NCBI GenBank assembly: GCA_039028615.1
Contig: JBCCHT010000009.1
Location: forward strand, 212,889-276,888
DNA length: 64,000 nucleotides
Reading direction: 5' to 3'
Source: Myxococcota bacterium
Lineage (GTDB): Bacteria; Myxococcota_A; Polyangia; Nannocystales; Nannocystaceae
Notes under the pieces: model-generated
Database searches by the model: none
The model's input: only the letters and a program-made list of their open reading frames with translations
What the model was told of the DNA's origin: nothing
Shown: positions 47,113-60,670 of the stretch, piece after piece
How positions within the stretch are numbered: the first letter of the stretch is position 1
Layout of the letters: the number at the start of each line of letters is the position of its first letter
Position numbers and translations under genes: made by a program

Positions 47113-47353
47113 CGGCTGGAGTGTCGCATACGCGTCGTGGACCGTGCGGATGGGCGTGTACGGATGGCCCCCGTGCACCGGCCGCATGACCGGTGCCTCC
47201 GCAGCGCATTTCGCATGACGGCGAGGGGCACCGTAGAGATGCGTTCACTGCCACGAAGCGCGATCTGGTCCACGACGGGACACCTCAGAAATGCACTGAC
47301 GCGTGCACAACGTCGGTCCTCGATGACTCGCGGAGACGACTATCATCCGGGCG

Positions 47354-47953
47354 ATGAACAAGCTCGTCGTCGGTCTGCCGTTGGTCTTGGGTCTCGGGTG
47401 TGCACCTTCGGGCTCGACCGCTCCGCCTGCGGAGACCGCTGCCTCGCCTGCGCCTGCCGACCAGAGCGCGCCGTCGTCGGAGTCCGAAACCGCCATCACC
47501 GAGAACGACGAGCCTCCGAAGGAAGGCACCACGCCCGTCGCCGTCGGTGACCAACAGAGCGAAGACCTCGAAGGTGGAGGGGGCGGCGATGCACAGGGGC
47601 CGTCGCGGCCCGTGCCGCGGGTGAAGCAGGCCAAGGCACAGGTCGAGGGCGAGCTGTTTCCCGACATCGTGCGTCGCATCGTGCGAGCCCACATCAACGA
47701 GATTCGCTACTGCTACAACCAGGGGCTCCAGCAACACCCCACGCTGGAGGGGCGCGTCGTCGTGCAGTTCGTCATCGGACCCGACGGGTATGTCGAGAGC
47801 GCGACGTCGTTCGAGACGGTGCCGGCCGACGACTCCGCGATGACGGCGGTGGGTCAGTGCTCCGCCGAGCGCGTGGCTCAGTGGCGATTCCCCAAGCCCG
47901 CCGACAAGGGCAAGGTCGTGGTGACCTACCCCTTCGAGCTTTCGCCGCAGTGA
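47354..47953 (+). CDS. AgmX/PglI C-terminal (TonB-C-like) domain lipoprotein
   Basis: Lipobox LGLGC; IVRRIVRAHINEIRYCY..GRVVVQFVIGPDG..WRFPKP..VVVTYPF. Confidence 0.9.
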   Translation: MNKLVVGLPLVLGLGCAPSGSTAPPAETAASPAPADQSAPSSESETAITENDEPPKEGTTPVAVGDQQSEDLEGGGGGDAQGPSRPVPRVKQAKAQVEGELFPDIVRRIVRAHINEIRYCYNQGLQQHPTLEGRVVVQFVIGPDGYVESATSFETVPADDSAMTAVGQCSAERVAQWRFPKPADKGKVVVTYPFELSPQ

Positions 47954-47975
47954 GCCGCTCGTAAAAGCGCTTGGC

Positions 47976-48142
47976 CTAAAGCTCATCTCGAAAACCCTCG
48001 TGGGGTGAGAACGTGGTCAGCGTCGGCGAGGGCAAGGCGCCAATTCGTAGGCGTACCGGGCGTACTTCAAGAATTGGCAACGCGGCCCTCGTCGACGGGG
48101 GCCGCGTTATCGCCTCGCGAGGGTTTTTGAGATGAGCTTTAG
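47976..48142. mobile_element. Palindromic MITE/REP-like element, about 167 bp
   Basis: Terminal inverted repeats CTAAAGCTCATCTCGAAAACCCTCG / CGAGGGTTTTTGAGATGAGCTTTAG (24/25), nested inner stems, TA at both ends. Confidence 0.8.
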
Positions 48143-48390
48143 AGCGCCAGGTCGATCTCTCGCCCGGTCTTCGGGTCGCGCAGCACGATGCGCTGGCCGT
48201 TCTTCTTGGCCTGCTGCACCGTCTGCAGCAGGCCCAGCGCCTGCGCGACGACCTGCCCGGGCGTCTTGGCGTCGAGCTGCCTGGCGAGCTCGACGAGCAA
48301 CATCGCGGTGCGGCCCGGAATCTCGATGGACATGGGGCCGACCGCGGCCGAGCCCGGCGCGACCTGTCGTTTGGGATCGAAGGTCGTCAC
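48139..48390 (-). CDS. Small hypothetical protein, possibly ribbon-helix-helix-like
   Basis: AGGAG SD before the GTG; 28 nt downstream of the prkA stop. Confidence 0.7.
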   Translation of the reverse strand: MTTFDPKRQVAPGSAAVGPMSIEIPGRTAMLLVELARQLDAKTPGQVVAQALGLLQTVQQAKKNGQRIVLRDPKTGREIDLAL

Positions 48391-48418
48391 CGGGCCGGTC
48401 TCCTGAGGGGGGCGGGCT

Positions 48419-50470
<2,052 letters not shown>

Positions 50471-50681
50471 GGCGTTGTCGCCCACGATGCTACACTAAAG
50501 CCGTGCTCTTGGTACCGGTCTGGCTTCGTGCCGTGTTCGACGGCAGTACGAGCCTTCCGGCTGCCCTCCGTCGCGGGGCCCGGCCCTCGTGGGCGCCCCC
50601 ATTCGTGGCGCGCTCCTTCGCGCGCGCCACCGTCACCGAGTCCTACTGCCTCGCCACCAACCCATCTCGGGCCACACGCCG

Positions 50682-51794
<1,113 letters not shown>

Positions 51795-51797
51795 CCG

Positions 51798-53291
51798 ATG
51801 GCTCCCGTCACCGGAGAGCTCCGCGACCTCCAGGTGGAGATCCAGGGCTACGCCACCGAGTTCGGCCTGGATTTCTTCACCCAGGTGTTCGAGACGGTCG
51901 ACTACGAGCAGATGTGCGAGATCGCGGCCTATGGGGGCTTCCCCGTCCGCTACCCGCACTGGCGCTTCGGCATGGAATACGACCACATGATCAAGAGCCA
52001 CACCTACGGGCTCTCCAAGATCTACGAGCTGGTCATCAACACCGACCCTTGCTACGCGTACCTGCTCGAGGGCAATACCTTCACCGACCAGAAGCTCGTG
52101 ATGTGCCACGTCTACGGGCACAACGACTTCTTCAAGAACAATAACTACTTCGGCCCCACCGACCGCCGCATGATCGACGTGATGGCGAACAACGCCTCGC
52201 GCGTGCGTCGCTACATGGATCGGCACGGCGTGGCGGCCGTCGAGTCCTTCATCGACACCTGCCTGTCCGTCGACAACCTCATCGACCCCTGGGTGCCCTT
52301 CCGTACGCCCGCGCCCAGTCCGGCCGACGGCGAGGAAGAAGAGGAAGTCCACCGCCTCAAGAGCGGCCGGGGCTACCTCGAGGACTACATCAACCCGCCC
52401 GAGTTCATCGCCAAGCAGCGCGAGAAGGCCAAGGCCGAAAAAGAGGCGAGCAAGCGCAAGATCCCGCGTCGCCCCGAGCGCGACGTGCTGGGCTTTTTGA
52501 TGCAGCACGCCCCGCTCGAGGCCTGGGAGGCCGACGTGCTCGGCATCATCCGCGAGGAGGCCTACTACTTCCTGCCGCAGATGCAGACCAAGATCTTGAA
52601 CGAGGGGTGGGCCAGCTACTGGCACTCCAAGCTCATGACGGAGCGAGCGCTCCGCGACACCGAGGTCATCGACTACGCGGACGCCTGCGCGGGCGTCATG
52701 TCGATGGCCCCCGGGCAGCTCAACCCCTACAAGATCGGCATCGAGCTGTTCCGCAACCTCGAGCGCCGCTGGGACATGGGCCGCTTCGGTCCCGAGTGGG
52801 AGTCCTGCGACGACCTCGAGGCGCGCTCCTCCTGGGACAAGCAGCTGGGCAAGGGCCGCGACAAGATCTTCGAGGTCCGCCGCCTGTACAACGACGTGAC
52901 CTTCATCGACGAGTTCTTCACCCTCGACTTCTGTCGCGAGATGAAGTTCTTCACCTTCCAGGAGAACCGCCGCTCCGGTCGCCTGGAAATCGAGAGCCGC
53001 GAGTTCGACAAGGTCAAAAACCAGCTGCTGGGGCAGCTGACCAACTTCGGTCAGCCCTTCATCTATGTCGTCGACGCCAACTACCTCAACCGCGGCGAGC
53101 TGCTGCTCGGCCATCGGCACGAGGGCAAGGATCTCAAGGTCGACTACGCTCGCGACACCCTGCGGCACCTCGAGCGCATCTGGCAGCGGCCGGTCTCCAT
53201 CCTGACCATGGTCGACGACAAGCCCAAGCGCATCCGCTACGACGGCTCCGAGGTCACCATCTCCGACGAGACGGCCGCCTTCGCCGTCTAG
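51798..53291 (+). CDS. spoVR: SpoVR/YcgB family protein
   Basis: [45 protein letters not shown]. Confidence 0.95.
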   Translation: MAPVTGELRDLQVEIQGYATEFGLDFFTQVFETVDYEQMCEIAAYGGFPVRYPHWRFGMEYDHMIKSHTYGLSKIYELVINTDPCYAYLLEGNTFTDQKLVMCHVYGHNDFFKNNNYFGPTDRRMIDVMANNASRVRRYMDRHGVAAVESFIDTCLSVDNLIDPWVPFRTPAPSPADGEEEEEVHRLKSGRGYLEDYINPPEFIAKQREKAKAEKEASKRKIPRRPERDVLGFLMQHAPLEAWEADVLGIIREEAYYFLPQMQTKILNEGWASYWHSKLMTERALRDTEVIDYADACAGVMSMAPGQLNPYKIGIELFRNLERRWDMGRFGPEWESCDDLEARSSWDKQLGKGRDKIFEVRRLYNDVTFIDEFFTLDFCREMKFFTFQENRRSGRLEIESREFDKVKNQLLGQLTNFGQPFIYVVDANYLNRGELLLGHRHEGKDLKVDYARDTLRHLERIWQRPVSILTMVDDKPKRIRYDGSEVTISDETAAFAV

Positions 53292-53360
53292 CGGCGAGCA
53301 ACGCGTCGGGTGACCCGCGGCGAATTGGACGGCGGGGGGCCATCGGCTACGGTGGTCCCG

Positions 53361-54020
53361 ATGAAACTCCAACCCGCTAGGGTCCTGCTGACGCTGTGCC
53401 TCGGGGTCGGCTGCGCGCGCTCGTCGTCCCCGGAGTCCTCGGCGCCGGGGGAGGCGGCTCCCGAAGGCCGAGCCGAGGTCGAAGGTGAAGCGGACGAGGT
53501 CTTGCGCGAGTACGAGGGGTCGTTCGCCCAGGAGCTGGTCGAGTGTCACCTGACGGATGAAAACTGCCTCATCCGAGTCCAGGCCATCCGCCACCACACC
53601 GCCAACATGGCCAAGCTCGACGAGGTTCTCCGGGCGCTCGAGCAAGACCGCCGAGAGCAGCAGGAGCAACACGAGCAGACGCTCCGCACCATGAAGCGGC
53701 TCGCGGGCGTCGACCCCAACGCGGGCATGGGGTTTCGGTGCGCCACCAGCCAGGCGGAGGGCGAGTCGCTGATCGAGTGCCACCGCACGTGGGACGAGTG
53801 TGCCGACCGCATCTTGCTACGCGAGAGCGAGGGACTCGAGGTCGAGGGGCGTCGCTGCGAGGACTATGCCCAGGCCGCCTGCTTTCACGTCACCCGGACC
53901 CTCAAAGAGGGCGAGCGAGTGATGTGCTACGGCGACGTCGCCCACTGCGAGTTCATCCGGAAGAACCTGAAGGGCGAGGGGTTCGTCTCCGCGCCGACCG
54001 AGTGCCGGGTGACCGACTGA
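53361..54020 (+). CDS. Hypothetical Cys-rich lipoprotein
   Basis: Lipobox LGVGC; Cys-rich C-terminus. Confidence 0.75.
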   Translation: MKLQPARVLLTLCLGVGCARSSSPESSAPGEAAPEGRAEVEGEADEVLREYEGSFAQELVECHLTDENCLIRVQAIRHHTANMAKLDEVLRALEQDRREQQEQHEQTLRTMKRLAGVDPNAGMGFRCATSQAEGESLIECHRTWDECADRILLRESEGLEVEGRRCEDYAQAACFHVTRTLKEGERVMCYGDVAHCEFIRKNLKGEGFVSAPTECRVTD

Positions 54021-54056
54021 CGGGGCTCGCCCTGGTGGTGAACAGCCGCGTCGCCG

Positions 54057-54887
54057 TCAGGGTTGGATGCGCTCGGCGATGAGGGCCCCGATGGCCGCGC
54101 TGCCCTGCACCGAGGGGTGGATCTGATCCTCGTCGAGCGTCTCGGGATCCGCGAGGGGGTCGATGGCATCCCCCATGCTCACGTACAGCACGGCCGGGCG
54201 CTGTGACGCGAGCTGGGCATAGCGCTCGTGGAGGATCGCGAACTCCTCGTCGCAATCGGAGAACTCCCCGGGAGGGATGTCGTAGTAGCCCAGCAGCACG
54301 ATGCCCGCGCCATCGGCCTCGATGCGGTCGATGAGCTCGACCATGGCTCCGTCGCCGACGTCCGCGCTGATGATGGCGTCGACCTGCCCGACACAGTCGC
54401 CGCAGCCACAGCCGTCGCCCACGTCGTTGGCGCCCCCGTTGACGAGGACCCACTCCCAGTCGGAGGGCTGATACTGGCTCGGGATGCTCTCTTCGTCCTC
54501 GAGGAGCATCGCCCCGGACACGGACGCGTTGGTCACCGCGAGGCCGGCCAGTTCTCCCGCGACTTCGGGGATGCTGGCCCCTCGTTCGGCATTCCATTCC
54601 AACACGGAGTCGCCGATCGCGAGCATGGTGTCGGTGTCGTTGGAGCCGCCGGGCGTCCCTCCCGAAGAGCCGCCGGAGTCCGGTCCATCGGAGGTGCTGG
54701 CCGAGTCCTCGCCGGCCGAGCTCTCATCGTTCGCCGCGGTGGTCGTGGCAGGAGACGCGGAGCCGCTGGAGCCAGCTGCGCCGCTGGACGCCGAGGTGGA
54801 GTCGGCGTTCATGTCCGGGTCGTCGGGGGCGGGACAGCCCGCGAGCATCAGGAGGGAAGCGGCAGCAGCAATAGGGGTCAGGGTCAC
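54057..54887 (-). CDS. SGNH/GDSL hydrolase lipoprotein
   Basis: LAGC lipobox; GDSV, GGAND, DQIHP. Confidence 0.9.
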   Translation of the reverse strand: MTLTPIAAAASLLMLAGCPAPDDPDMNADSTSASSGAAGSSGSASPATTTAANDESSAGEDSASTSDGPDSGGSSGGTPGGSNDTDTMLAIGDSVLEWNAERGASIPEVAGELAGLAVTNASVSGAMLLEDEESIPSQYQPSDWEWVLVNGGANDVGDGCGCGDCVGQVDAIISADVGDGAMVELIDRIEADGAGIVLLGYYDIPPGEFSDCDEEFAILHERYAQLASQRPAVLYVSMGDAIDPLADPETLDEDQIHPSVQGSAAIGALIAERIQP

Positions 54888-54941
54888 GCCCCTCGTTTCC
54901 CGGTGGACGCCCGATGTTACGAGCCCGCTCGAGATGAGCTC

Positions 54942-55547
54942 TTAGTCCTCGGGGGGCCACGCGCAGCGCATCGCGTTGCCGCCCATGCCCAGGCCGATGC
55001 AAATCATGCCGTCGGGGCAGTCGCCCTTCGAGCAATCGAGCAGGCAGATGTCTTGGCCGGGCGGTCCGGCGCACAGCGGGGTCGCGGTGCCCGAGCTGGG
55101 GTCGGGGCACTCGTCGTTGCCCTCGCATTCGAAGGTGCACCAGTCGCCGAGGTCGCCTCCGCCCGGCTCGAAACAGACGTCGTAGGGCTCGGGGCAATCT
55201 CGCTCGGCGCACGACGGATAGCTCCCGTCCGGCGGAGGATCCCCGCTGGAATCGTCACCTGGCTCACCGGAGCTTCCCACGGTGGTCGTGGTGGCCGACC
55301 CGTTGGTGACGGTGCCGTCGGTGGCGTCGTCCGCCGCACCCGTGGAGCCCGTGCCGCCCATGCTGCCGGTGGCGGCGGTGGGGTCCGAGCCGCCGGCCGA
55401 GGTCGGCTCCGCGGCTGTCGAGCCGGAGCCCGAACCCGAGCCGGAGCTGCCTCGGCCGGTTCCGTCCCCGGTCCCGTTGACGTTCGGTCCGCAGGCGACG
55501 AGCAGCGAGATCAGACCGAAAAGTGAGTGATGGACCTGCTCTCTCAT
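54942..55547 (-). CDS. Hypothetical lipoprotein with G/S/T linker and Cys-rich tip
   Basis: LLVAC lipobox; Cys-rich C-terminal domain. Confidence 0.75.
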   Translation of the reverse strand: MREQVHHSLFGLISLLVACGPNVNGTGDGTGRGSSGSGSGSGSTAAEPTSAGGSDPTAATGSMGGTGSTGAADDATDGTVTNGSATTTTVGSSGEPGDDSSGDPPPDGSYPSCAERDCPEPYDVCFEPGGGDLGDWCTFECEGNDECPDPSSGTATPLCAGPPGQDICLLDCSKGDCPDGMICIGLGMGGNAMRCAWPPED

Positions 55548-55688
55548 GGAAATTCCCCCCACGCCGCACGATACGGGGCGTGCGCGAACGCTCGCAATGA
55601 GAAGTTGGAGGGGGGCTGCGACCCCATTCTCGGCCTGAAATGCGCGCTCGTGCGGGCGATGGGGATTGCGCGTGCTATCGTTCGCGCC

Positions 55689-56510
55689 GTGCGGATCATC
55701 GCCTGGCCCGCCACCGACGTTGGTCGGGTGCGCAGTCACAACGAGGATAGCCACCTGGTCGACCCAGAGTCGGGGCTTTACCTCGTCGCCGATGGCATGG
55801 GCGGTCATGCCGGTGGCGCGCACGCCTCCCAGCTGTGCGTCGACGTCGTCGACAAAGTGGTCCGACGGGGGATCGAGTCGCTCCGTTCGGTACCGGCCCA
55901 GCATCGCAACGCGGCCATCGCCGAGCTCCTGTGCGCGGCGGCCAGCGAGGCCAGTGCCCGCATCTTCGATCAGGCCGCAGCCGACCACCGCCTGCAGGGC
56001 ATGGGCACCACGCTGACCGGCCTGCTCCTGTTCGGGCGCCGCGGCTACGTCGTGCACGTGGGCGACAGCCGGGCCTTCTTGCTGCGGGCGGGCAGCTGTC
56101 GCCAGCTCACCAACGATCACAGCTGGCTCAACGAGCAGCTGCAGGCCGGCCTCATCACCGAGGAAGAGGCGGCGGTCAGCGACCTCAAGCACATCATCAC
56201 CCGGTCGGTGGGCTTCGAGCGTCACGTCGAGGCCGACGTCATCCAGGTCAACGTGCTCCCCGGCGATGCGTTCCTGCTGTGCTCCGACGGCATGGCCAAC
56301 TACATCGACGGTGACGAGATCGCCGAGCTCGCGCGCGACCACTGGTACGCCGACCTGCCGCAGCTGTGCACCGACTTGGCCAACAAGCGGGGCGGGGACG
56401 ACAACATCACGGTGGTGGTGGCGTTGGCCTGCAACGACCACGACGAGCGCCGGCCGGTCCGGGACAACCGCGCGACCATCACCGACACCTTGCCGCCCAT
56501 CAAGGCGTGA
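55689..56510 (+). CDS. PP2C-family Ser/Thr phosphatase
   Basis: TDVGRVRSHNED, VADGMGGH, MGTT, HVGDSR, LCSDG, GGDDNIT. Confidence 0.95.
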   Translation: MRIIAWPATDVGRVRSHNEDSHLVDPESGLYLVADGMGGHAGGAHASQLCVDVVDKVVRRGIESLRSVPAQHRNAAIAELLCAAASEASARIFDQAAADHRLQGMGTTLTGLLLFGRRGYVVHVGDSRAFLLRAGSCRQLTNDHSWLNEQLQAGLITEEEAAVSDLKHIITRSVGFERHVEADVIQVNVLPGDAFLLCSDGMANYIDGDEIAELARDHWYADLPQLCTDLANKRGGDDNITVVVALACNDHDERRPVRDNRATITDTLPPIKA

Positions 56511-56526
56511 GGCGCAGGTCGGTCTC

Positions 56527-57309
56527 ATGAGCACCGCGCTGGCCCGAGTCGCCGAGGGCACGAATGCCGTGCTGAGCTGGCGTCGGTTCGTCGGCCTGTG
56601 CATGGTCTATTGCCCCTCGTCGGTGGTCGCCCGCGCGGTCACCGGCCCGGCCATCCCCCAGGTGATCATGCGGCGCTGGTGCGAGGGCATCGTGCGCGAC
56701 GTGGGCATCGAGGTGGTGGCCGAGGGCATCGAGAAGATCGGCAGCGAGCCCTCGGTCATCGTCGTCAACCACGCCAGCCTGCTCGACGTGCCCGTGGTGG
56801 GGGCGCTGCTCGACATCGACTATCGCTGGGTCGCCAAGCGGCAGCTGTTTCGTGTGCCGCTGGTGGGCTGGCACCTGTGGGCGTGTGGGCACATCGCGGT
56901 CGACCGCAAGCGCCGGGGCAACCTCGAGCGCATGCAGCAGCAGGTCGAGGAAGTCATCGCGGGCGGAGGCTCGGTGCTGTTCTTCCCCGAGGGCACGCGC
57001 TCGCCCGACGGCGCGCTGCGCCCGTTCAAGGCGGGGGCCTTCGTCAGCGCGGTGGCGGCGGGGGTTCCCGTGCTGCCGATCGTGCTCGACGGCACCGAGC
57101 GGCTGATGACCAAGGGCTCCCTGCAGTTCCCGCGGGGCGCCAACAAGCGAGTGCGGGTGCGCGTCCTCGACCGGGTTCAGCCGCCGACCGGCGGCGGCGA
57201 CCCCAAAGAGCGCGCGGGCGTGTTCTCGCAGCGGGTGCGCGAGCGCATGGTCGAGGCGCTCGACGAGCTGCGCGGCGGCCCCGGGCGCGCCGAGCAGGCG
57301 ACGGTCTAG
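56527..57309 (+). CDS. Lysophospholipid acyltransferase (PlsC-like)
   Basis: NHASLLD, FFPEGTRS. Confidence 0.92.
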   Translation: MSTALARVAEGTNAVLSWRRFVGLCMVYCPSSVVARAVTGPAIPQVIMRRWCEGIVRDVGIEVVAEGIEKIGSEPSVIVVNHASLLDVPVVGALLDIDYRWVAKRQLFRVPLVGWHLWACGHIAVDRKRRGNLERMQQQVEEVIAGGGSVLFFPEGTRSPDGALRPFKAGAFVSAVAAGVPVLPIVLDGTERLMTKGSLQFPRGANKRVRVRVLDRVQPPTGGGDPKERAGVFSQRVRERMVEALDELRGGPGRAEQATV

Positions 57310-57330
57310 CGGTCTTTAGTATCCTCGGGC

Positions 57331-58059
57331 ATGGCCGAGCTCGTCGTACGTCAGCTGCTCGCGGGCAGAGACTTCGCCCACAACGATCCCAACGCCGCGG
57401 GGATGCAGAACTTCGTGTACCTGCTCGGCGATCGCGAGGCGGGAGAGTGCGTCGTGGTCGACCCCGCGTGGGACGTCAAGGGCATCATCGACGTCGCCGG
57501 GCGCGACGGCATGAAGATCGTCGGCGCGCTGGTCACCCACTATCACCCGGACCACATCGGCGGCTCCATCTTCGGCATCGAGATCGACGGCCTGCCCACG
57601 CTGATGGCCGAGTGCCCGTGTCCGGTTCATACCCATCGGGCAGAAGCGGAGGGCGTGCGGGTGGTGACGGGCTTGTCCAAGTCGGACATCGTCGAGCACG
57701 ACTCGGGCGACAAGGTGCAGGTGGGCGGCCTGGAGATCGAGCTGCTGCATACGCCGGGACACACGCCCGGCTCGCAGTGCTTTCGGGTCAAGGCCACGCA
57801 GCACGAACCGGGCGGGGCCCTGGTCGCGGGCGACACCCTGTTCTTGCAGGGCTGCGGGCGAGTGGACCTGCCGGGCGGAGACCCGGAGCAGATGCAGGAG
57901 ACGCTCGCCAATCGACTCTCGTCGCTGCCCGGGGACACGATGTTGCTGCCCGGGCACGCCTACGGGGGCGAGCGGGCCACGATGGAGCACGTGCGCCAGA
58001 CCAACCAGTCGCTGCAGGCCGCCAAGCTAGCGGCGTTTCGGCAGCGCTCGGGCGGCTGA
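57331..58059 (+). CDS. MBL-fold metallo-hydrolase (glyoxalase II-like)
   Basis: THYHPDHIGG, TPGHTPGS, GDTLF, PGHAY. Confidence 0.93.
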   Translation: MAELVVRQLLAGRDFAHNDPNAAGMQNFVYLLGDREAGECVVVDPAWDVKGIIDVAGRDGMKIVGALVTHYHPDHIGGSIFGIEIDGLPTLMAECPCPVHTHRAEAEGVRVVTGLSKSDIVEHDSGDKVQVGGLEIELLHTPGHTPGSQCFRVKATQHEPGGALVAGDTLFLQGCGRVDLPGGDPEQMQETLANRLSSLPGDTMLLPGHAYGGERATMEHVRQTNQSLQAAKLAAFRQRSGG

Positions 58060-58287
58060 GCGCCTGACCGGACGGCCGAACTTCGAAGTCGGTCGTGCGC
58101 GATGGTTGAACTCCGGGGCCGCGCCATTGCGGCCTGGTCGTGCCGCGAGTTCGGTTCGAACGGGTCGGATCGAACGACTTTGCCCGGAGTCGTTCGACGG
58201 CTCATAAGATTCGTTCGCGACGGGGATTACTCGGTGGGTGAGTCGGCCACGGTCGTGGCCGACGTCTCCCGAACCGGTATTTCCATC

Positions 58288-58740
58288 ATGATCCAATCCC
58301 CCCGTTTGTTCGCCCTCTGTGCGCTGTTCGTCACCATGCCCGCCTGTGATTCGGCGGAGGACGATCCCATCAATCAGGTCAATACGCTGGTCGACTCCAA
58401 CGTGGCGGAGCTCGACTCTCAGGTCGCGATCGTCTGCGATTGTTGGCAGGACATCGGCTTCGAGTCCCGCACCGACTGCCAAGACGAGGTGCTCGAGCTG
58501 GGCCCGGCCCAGGTGCGCTGCATCAAGGACGCCTATGCCGAAGACGCCGAGACGGCCATCGACTACCTCGAGTGCATCGTGCCGCTCGAGCGCGAGTACA
58601 CGGCGTGCATCGACCAGCGCCTGGAGTGCTCGGACTTCAGCGCGGGCGATGCCTGCTCCGACGACTATGGCGTCGGCCTGGACACCTGCATCCAGCTTCC
58701 GCGCACGATCACGCGCGACCTCGATGCGTGTTTCGACTAG
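58288..58740 (+). CDS. Hypothetical Cys-rich lipoprotein
   Basis: Signal peptide ending MPAC; regularly spaced Cys. Confidence 0.7.
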   Translation: MIQSPRLFALCALFVTMPACDSAEDDPINQVNTLVDSNVAELDSQVAIVCDCWQDIGFESRTDCQDEVLELGPAQVRCIKDAYAEDAETAIDYLECIVPLEREYTACIDQRLECSDFSAGDACSDDYGVGLDTCIQLPRTITRDLDACFD

Positions 58741-58764
58741 CCCCCGCGCGCCGAGTCGAGTCCC

Positions 58765-58797
58765 AAGAGCCCCCGGAGCCCTGCTTCGGGGGCTCTT
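58765..58797. terminator. Hairpin between convergent genes
   Basis: AAGAGCCCCCGGAGC-cct-GCTTCGGGGGCTCTT. Confidence 0.7.
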
Positions 58798-58803
58798 CGT
58801 TGG

Positions 58804-60090
58804 TCACGCGTCGCTGTGGTGCTCGGCCGTGCCCGAAAGCAGCTTGCCCAGCCAGTCGCGGAGCTCGACGCCCTCGACCTCCGTGGACGCATAGCTGCCG
58901 AAGGGCAAGAAGGTGTGCCCGATGCCGTCGACGAAGAAGGTCGCCCAGTTGGGCGCGTCGTCGACGACCTCGTCGCGGAAGTCGAGCAGCGCTTGCTGGT
59001 ACTGGTTGCCCGAGATGAAGCCGCCCGCGCAGTCGTTCTGCCCCGCGCCCAAGAAGGTGCGGATCGTGCTGTCGCGGAGGTTCGAGACGAGCCCGAAGTT
59101 CTGGTCGGGGTGTTGATCGCGAAGGTAGTGCGTCAGCGGTCGTACCCAGCCTTCGTCCCCGAAGCAGTCCTCGCAGTCGGAGGGCAGCACCTGTTCGAGG
59201 TTCCACAGCTCGGTCCACAGGTCCTGCATGCACAGCGGGATCACCGACTCGCCCATGGGCGGGCCGGAGTCGTCGAGCAGGGTGATCGGGGCGTCCGAGT
59301 AGGCGTAGGCGTCGGCGATGCGGTCGTAGTTGAGCGCAGCCCCGTAGCCGCCAGCGCTGATCCCCGTGACCAGCACGTGGGACGGCTCGGGGAAGGTCGA
59401 GCCGATGCGCTCGAGGTCGAGCCCGAAGTTGCGGTAGCCCACGAACTGATGCGAGCCCAAGAAGCCCGGCACCCCGCCGAGGTCCTTGTCGCCCGCGTGC
59501 ACGTCCCCCGTGCAGTAGGGCACGTAGACCATGCTCCAGTCGGCCACGGGGTTGTCGGTGTCTTCGTCGTCGAAGATGCCGCCCGACAACAACGTCGGGA
59601 CGAGCAGGTTGAAGGCGTTCTCGTCGAAGTTGGCGAACGTGGCGTAAAACAGCGCGCAGCTGGCCGCGTCGAAGCAGCCGCCGCCACCCTCGAAGTAGAT
59701 CACCAGGCCGTCGCCCGTCCCTCGTCGGACGCCCACACCGGTCGGGGTGCCGTCGATGCACTCGGTGCCCTCCACGTCGACCCACTGCCATTGCCCCGGG
59801 TCGCCATCGGGGAGGGGCTCGCCGTTCCACGGGGGCTCACCCGTGGTGGTGCCGTCGTCACCGCTCGATTCGTCGTCGGCCGCGTCGGTGGTGGCCGAGG
59901 TCGTGGTGGTCGAGGTCTCGTCCGCGGGCGTGTCGACGGCGTCGTCGTCCGAGCCCGGCTGGGCGCTCGGCTCGGAGGCCTCGCCCCCGGTTGAATCTCC
60001 CCCATTGGCGGTGGCCAGAGGCTCGTCGCCATTGCACGCGCACAACGATGTGGCGAGTCCCACCCCGCAAGTCCAATGCATCCAATTCAT
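58804..60090 (-). CDS. Pectin-acetylesterase-family (Notum-like) hydrolase lipoprotein
   Basis: YFEGGGGC, VPYCTGDVHAG, GISAGGYG, LLDDSG. Confidence 0.88.
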   Translation of the reverse strand: MNWMHWTCGVGLATSLCACNGDEPLATANGGDSTGGEASEPSAQPGSDDDAVDTPADETSTTTTSATTDAADDESSGDDGTTTGEPPWNGEPLPDGDPGQWQWVDVEGTECIDGTPTGVGVRRGTGDGLVIYFEGGGGCFDAASCALFYATFANFDENAFNLLVPTLLSGGIFDDEDTDNPVADWSMVYVPYCTGDVHAGDKDLGGVPGFLGSHQFVGYRNFGLDLERIGSTFPEPSHVLVTGISAGGYGAALNYDRIADAYAYSDAPITLLDDSGPPMGESVIPLCMQDLWTELWNLEQVLPSDCEDCFGDEGWVRPLTHYLRDQHPDQNFGLVSNLRDSTIRTFLGAGQNDCAGGFISGNQYQQALLDFRDEVVDDAPNWATFFVDGIGHTFLPFGSYASTEVEGVELRDWLGKLLSGTAEHHSDA

Positions 60091-60279
60091 CGCGGCGGAT
60101 GCTAGGGACGCGAGCGCGTTGGTGCGCGTCCTTTTGTGGTCCGAGCTGCGGCGATGTTCGCTTCCGCGCTCGGCGATGCCACGGGGGTTTCGTTCTCGGA
60201 TCGGTCGCCCCACGAGGGTCGACCAAAACGTGTTCGTGGATCGACCGAAACGTAAGGCCGACCGATGTCACTATCGCGA

Positions 60280-60474
60280 CTAGAAGTCGAAGGTGAGCGA
60301 GGGTCGAATGCGTAGCGCGGGGCTTTTCGCGGGCGGAGCCACCGGACGGGACAAACGATCGTTCGCGTAGCGCTTCGCGGCCTCGCTGACGGAGCCGGGC
60401 TGAGGGGCGAAGAGCATCGACTCCAAGACGTTGAAGCGCTCGGGCAGCTCCGCGATCGGGCTTTGGAGTTTCAT
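60280..60474 (-). CDS. Possible small hypothetical protein (64 aa)
   Basis: MKLQSPIAELPERFNVLE...LTFDF; GC3-rich codons in an otherwise empty gap. Confidence 0.4.
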   Translation of the reverse strand: MKLQSPIAELPERFNVLESMLFAPQPGSVSEAAKRYANDRLSRPVAPPAKSPALRIRPSLTFDF

Positions 60475-60670
60475 GGTCTCGACATGACCCGAGCCCGCCC
60501 TCCCGAGCAAGAAAGCGGCGGATTGTCGGGGGCAGCCGGAACGAGTTTTGCCGTGACCGCGATTCGACACTCGATGTGACAGTCGTGCCGAACCGCTCGC
60601 AAATTACATTGACGTTTTCGGTGAACCGAAATGAATAGATGCGACACTAATGCCCGGGATGGAGGGGAGC

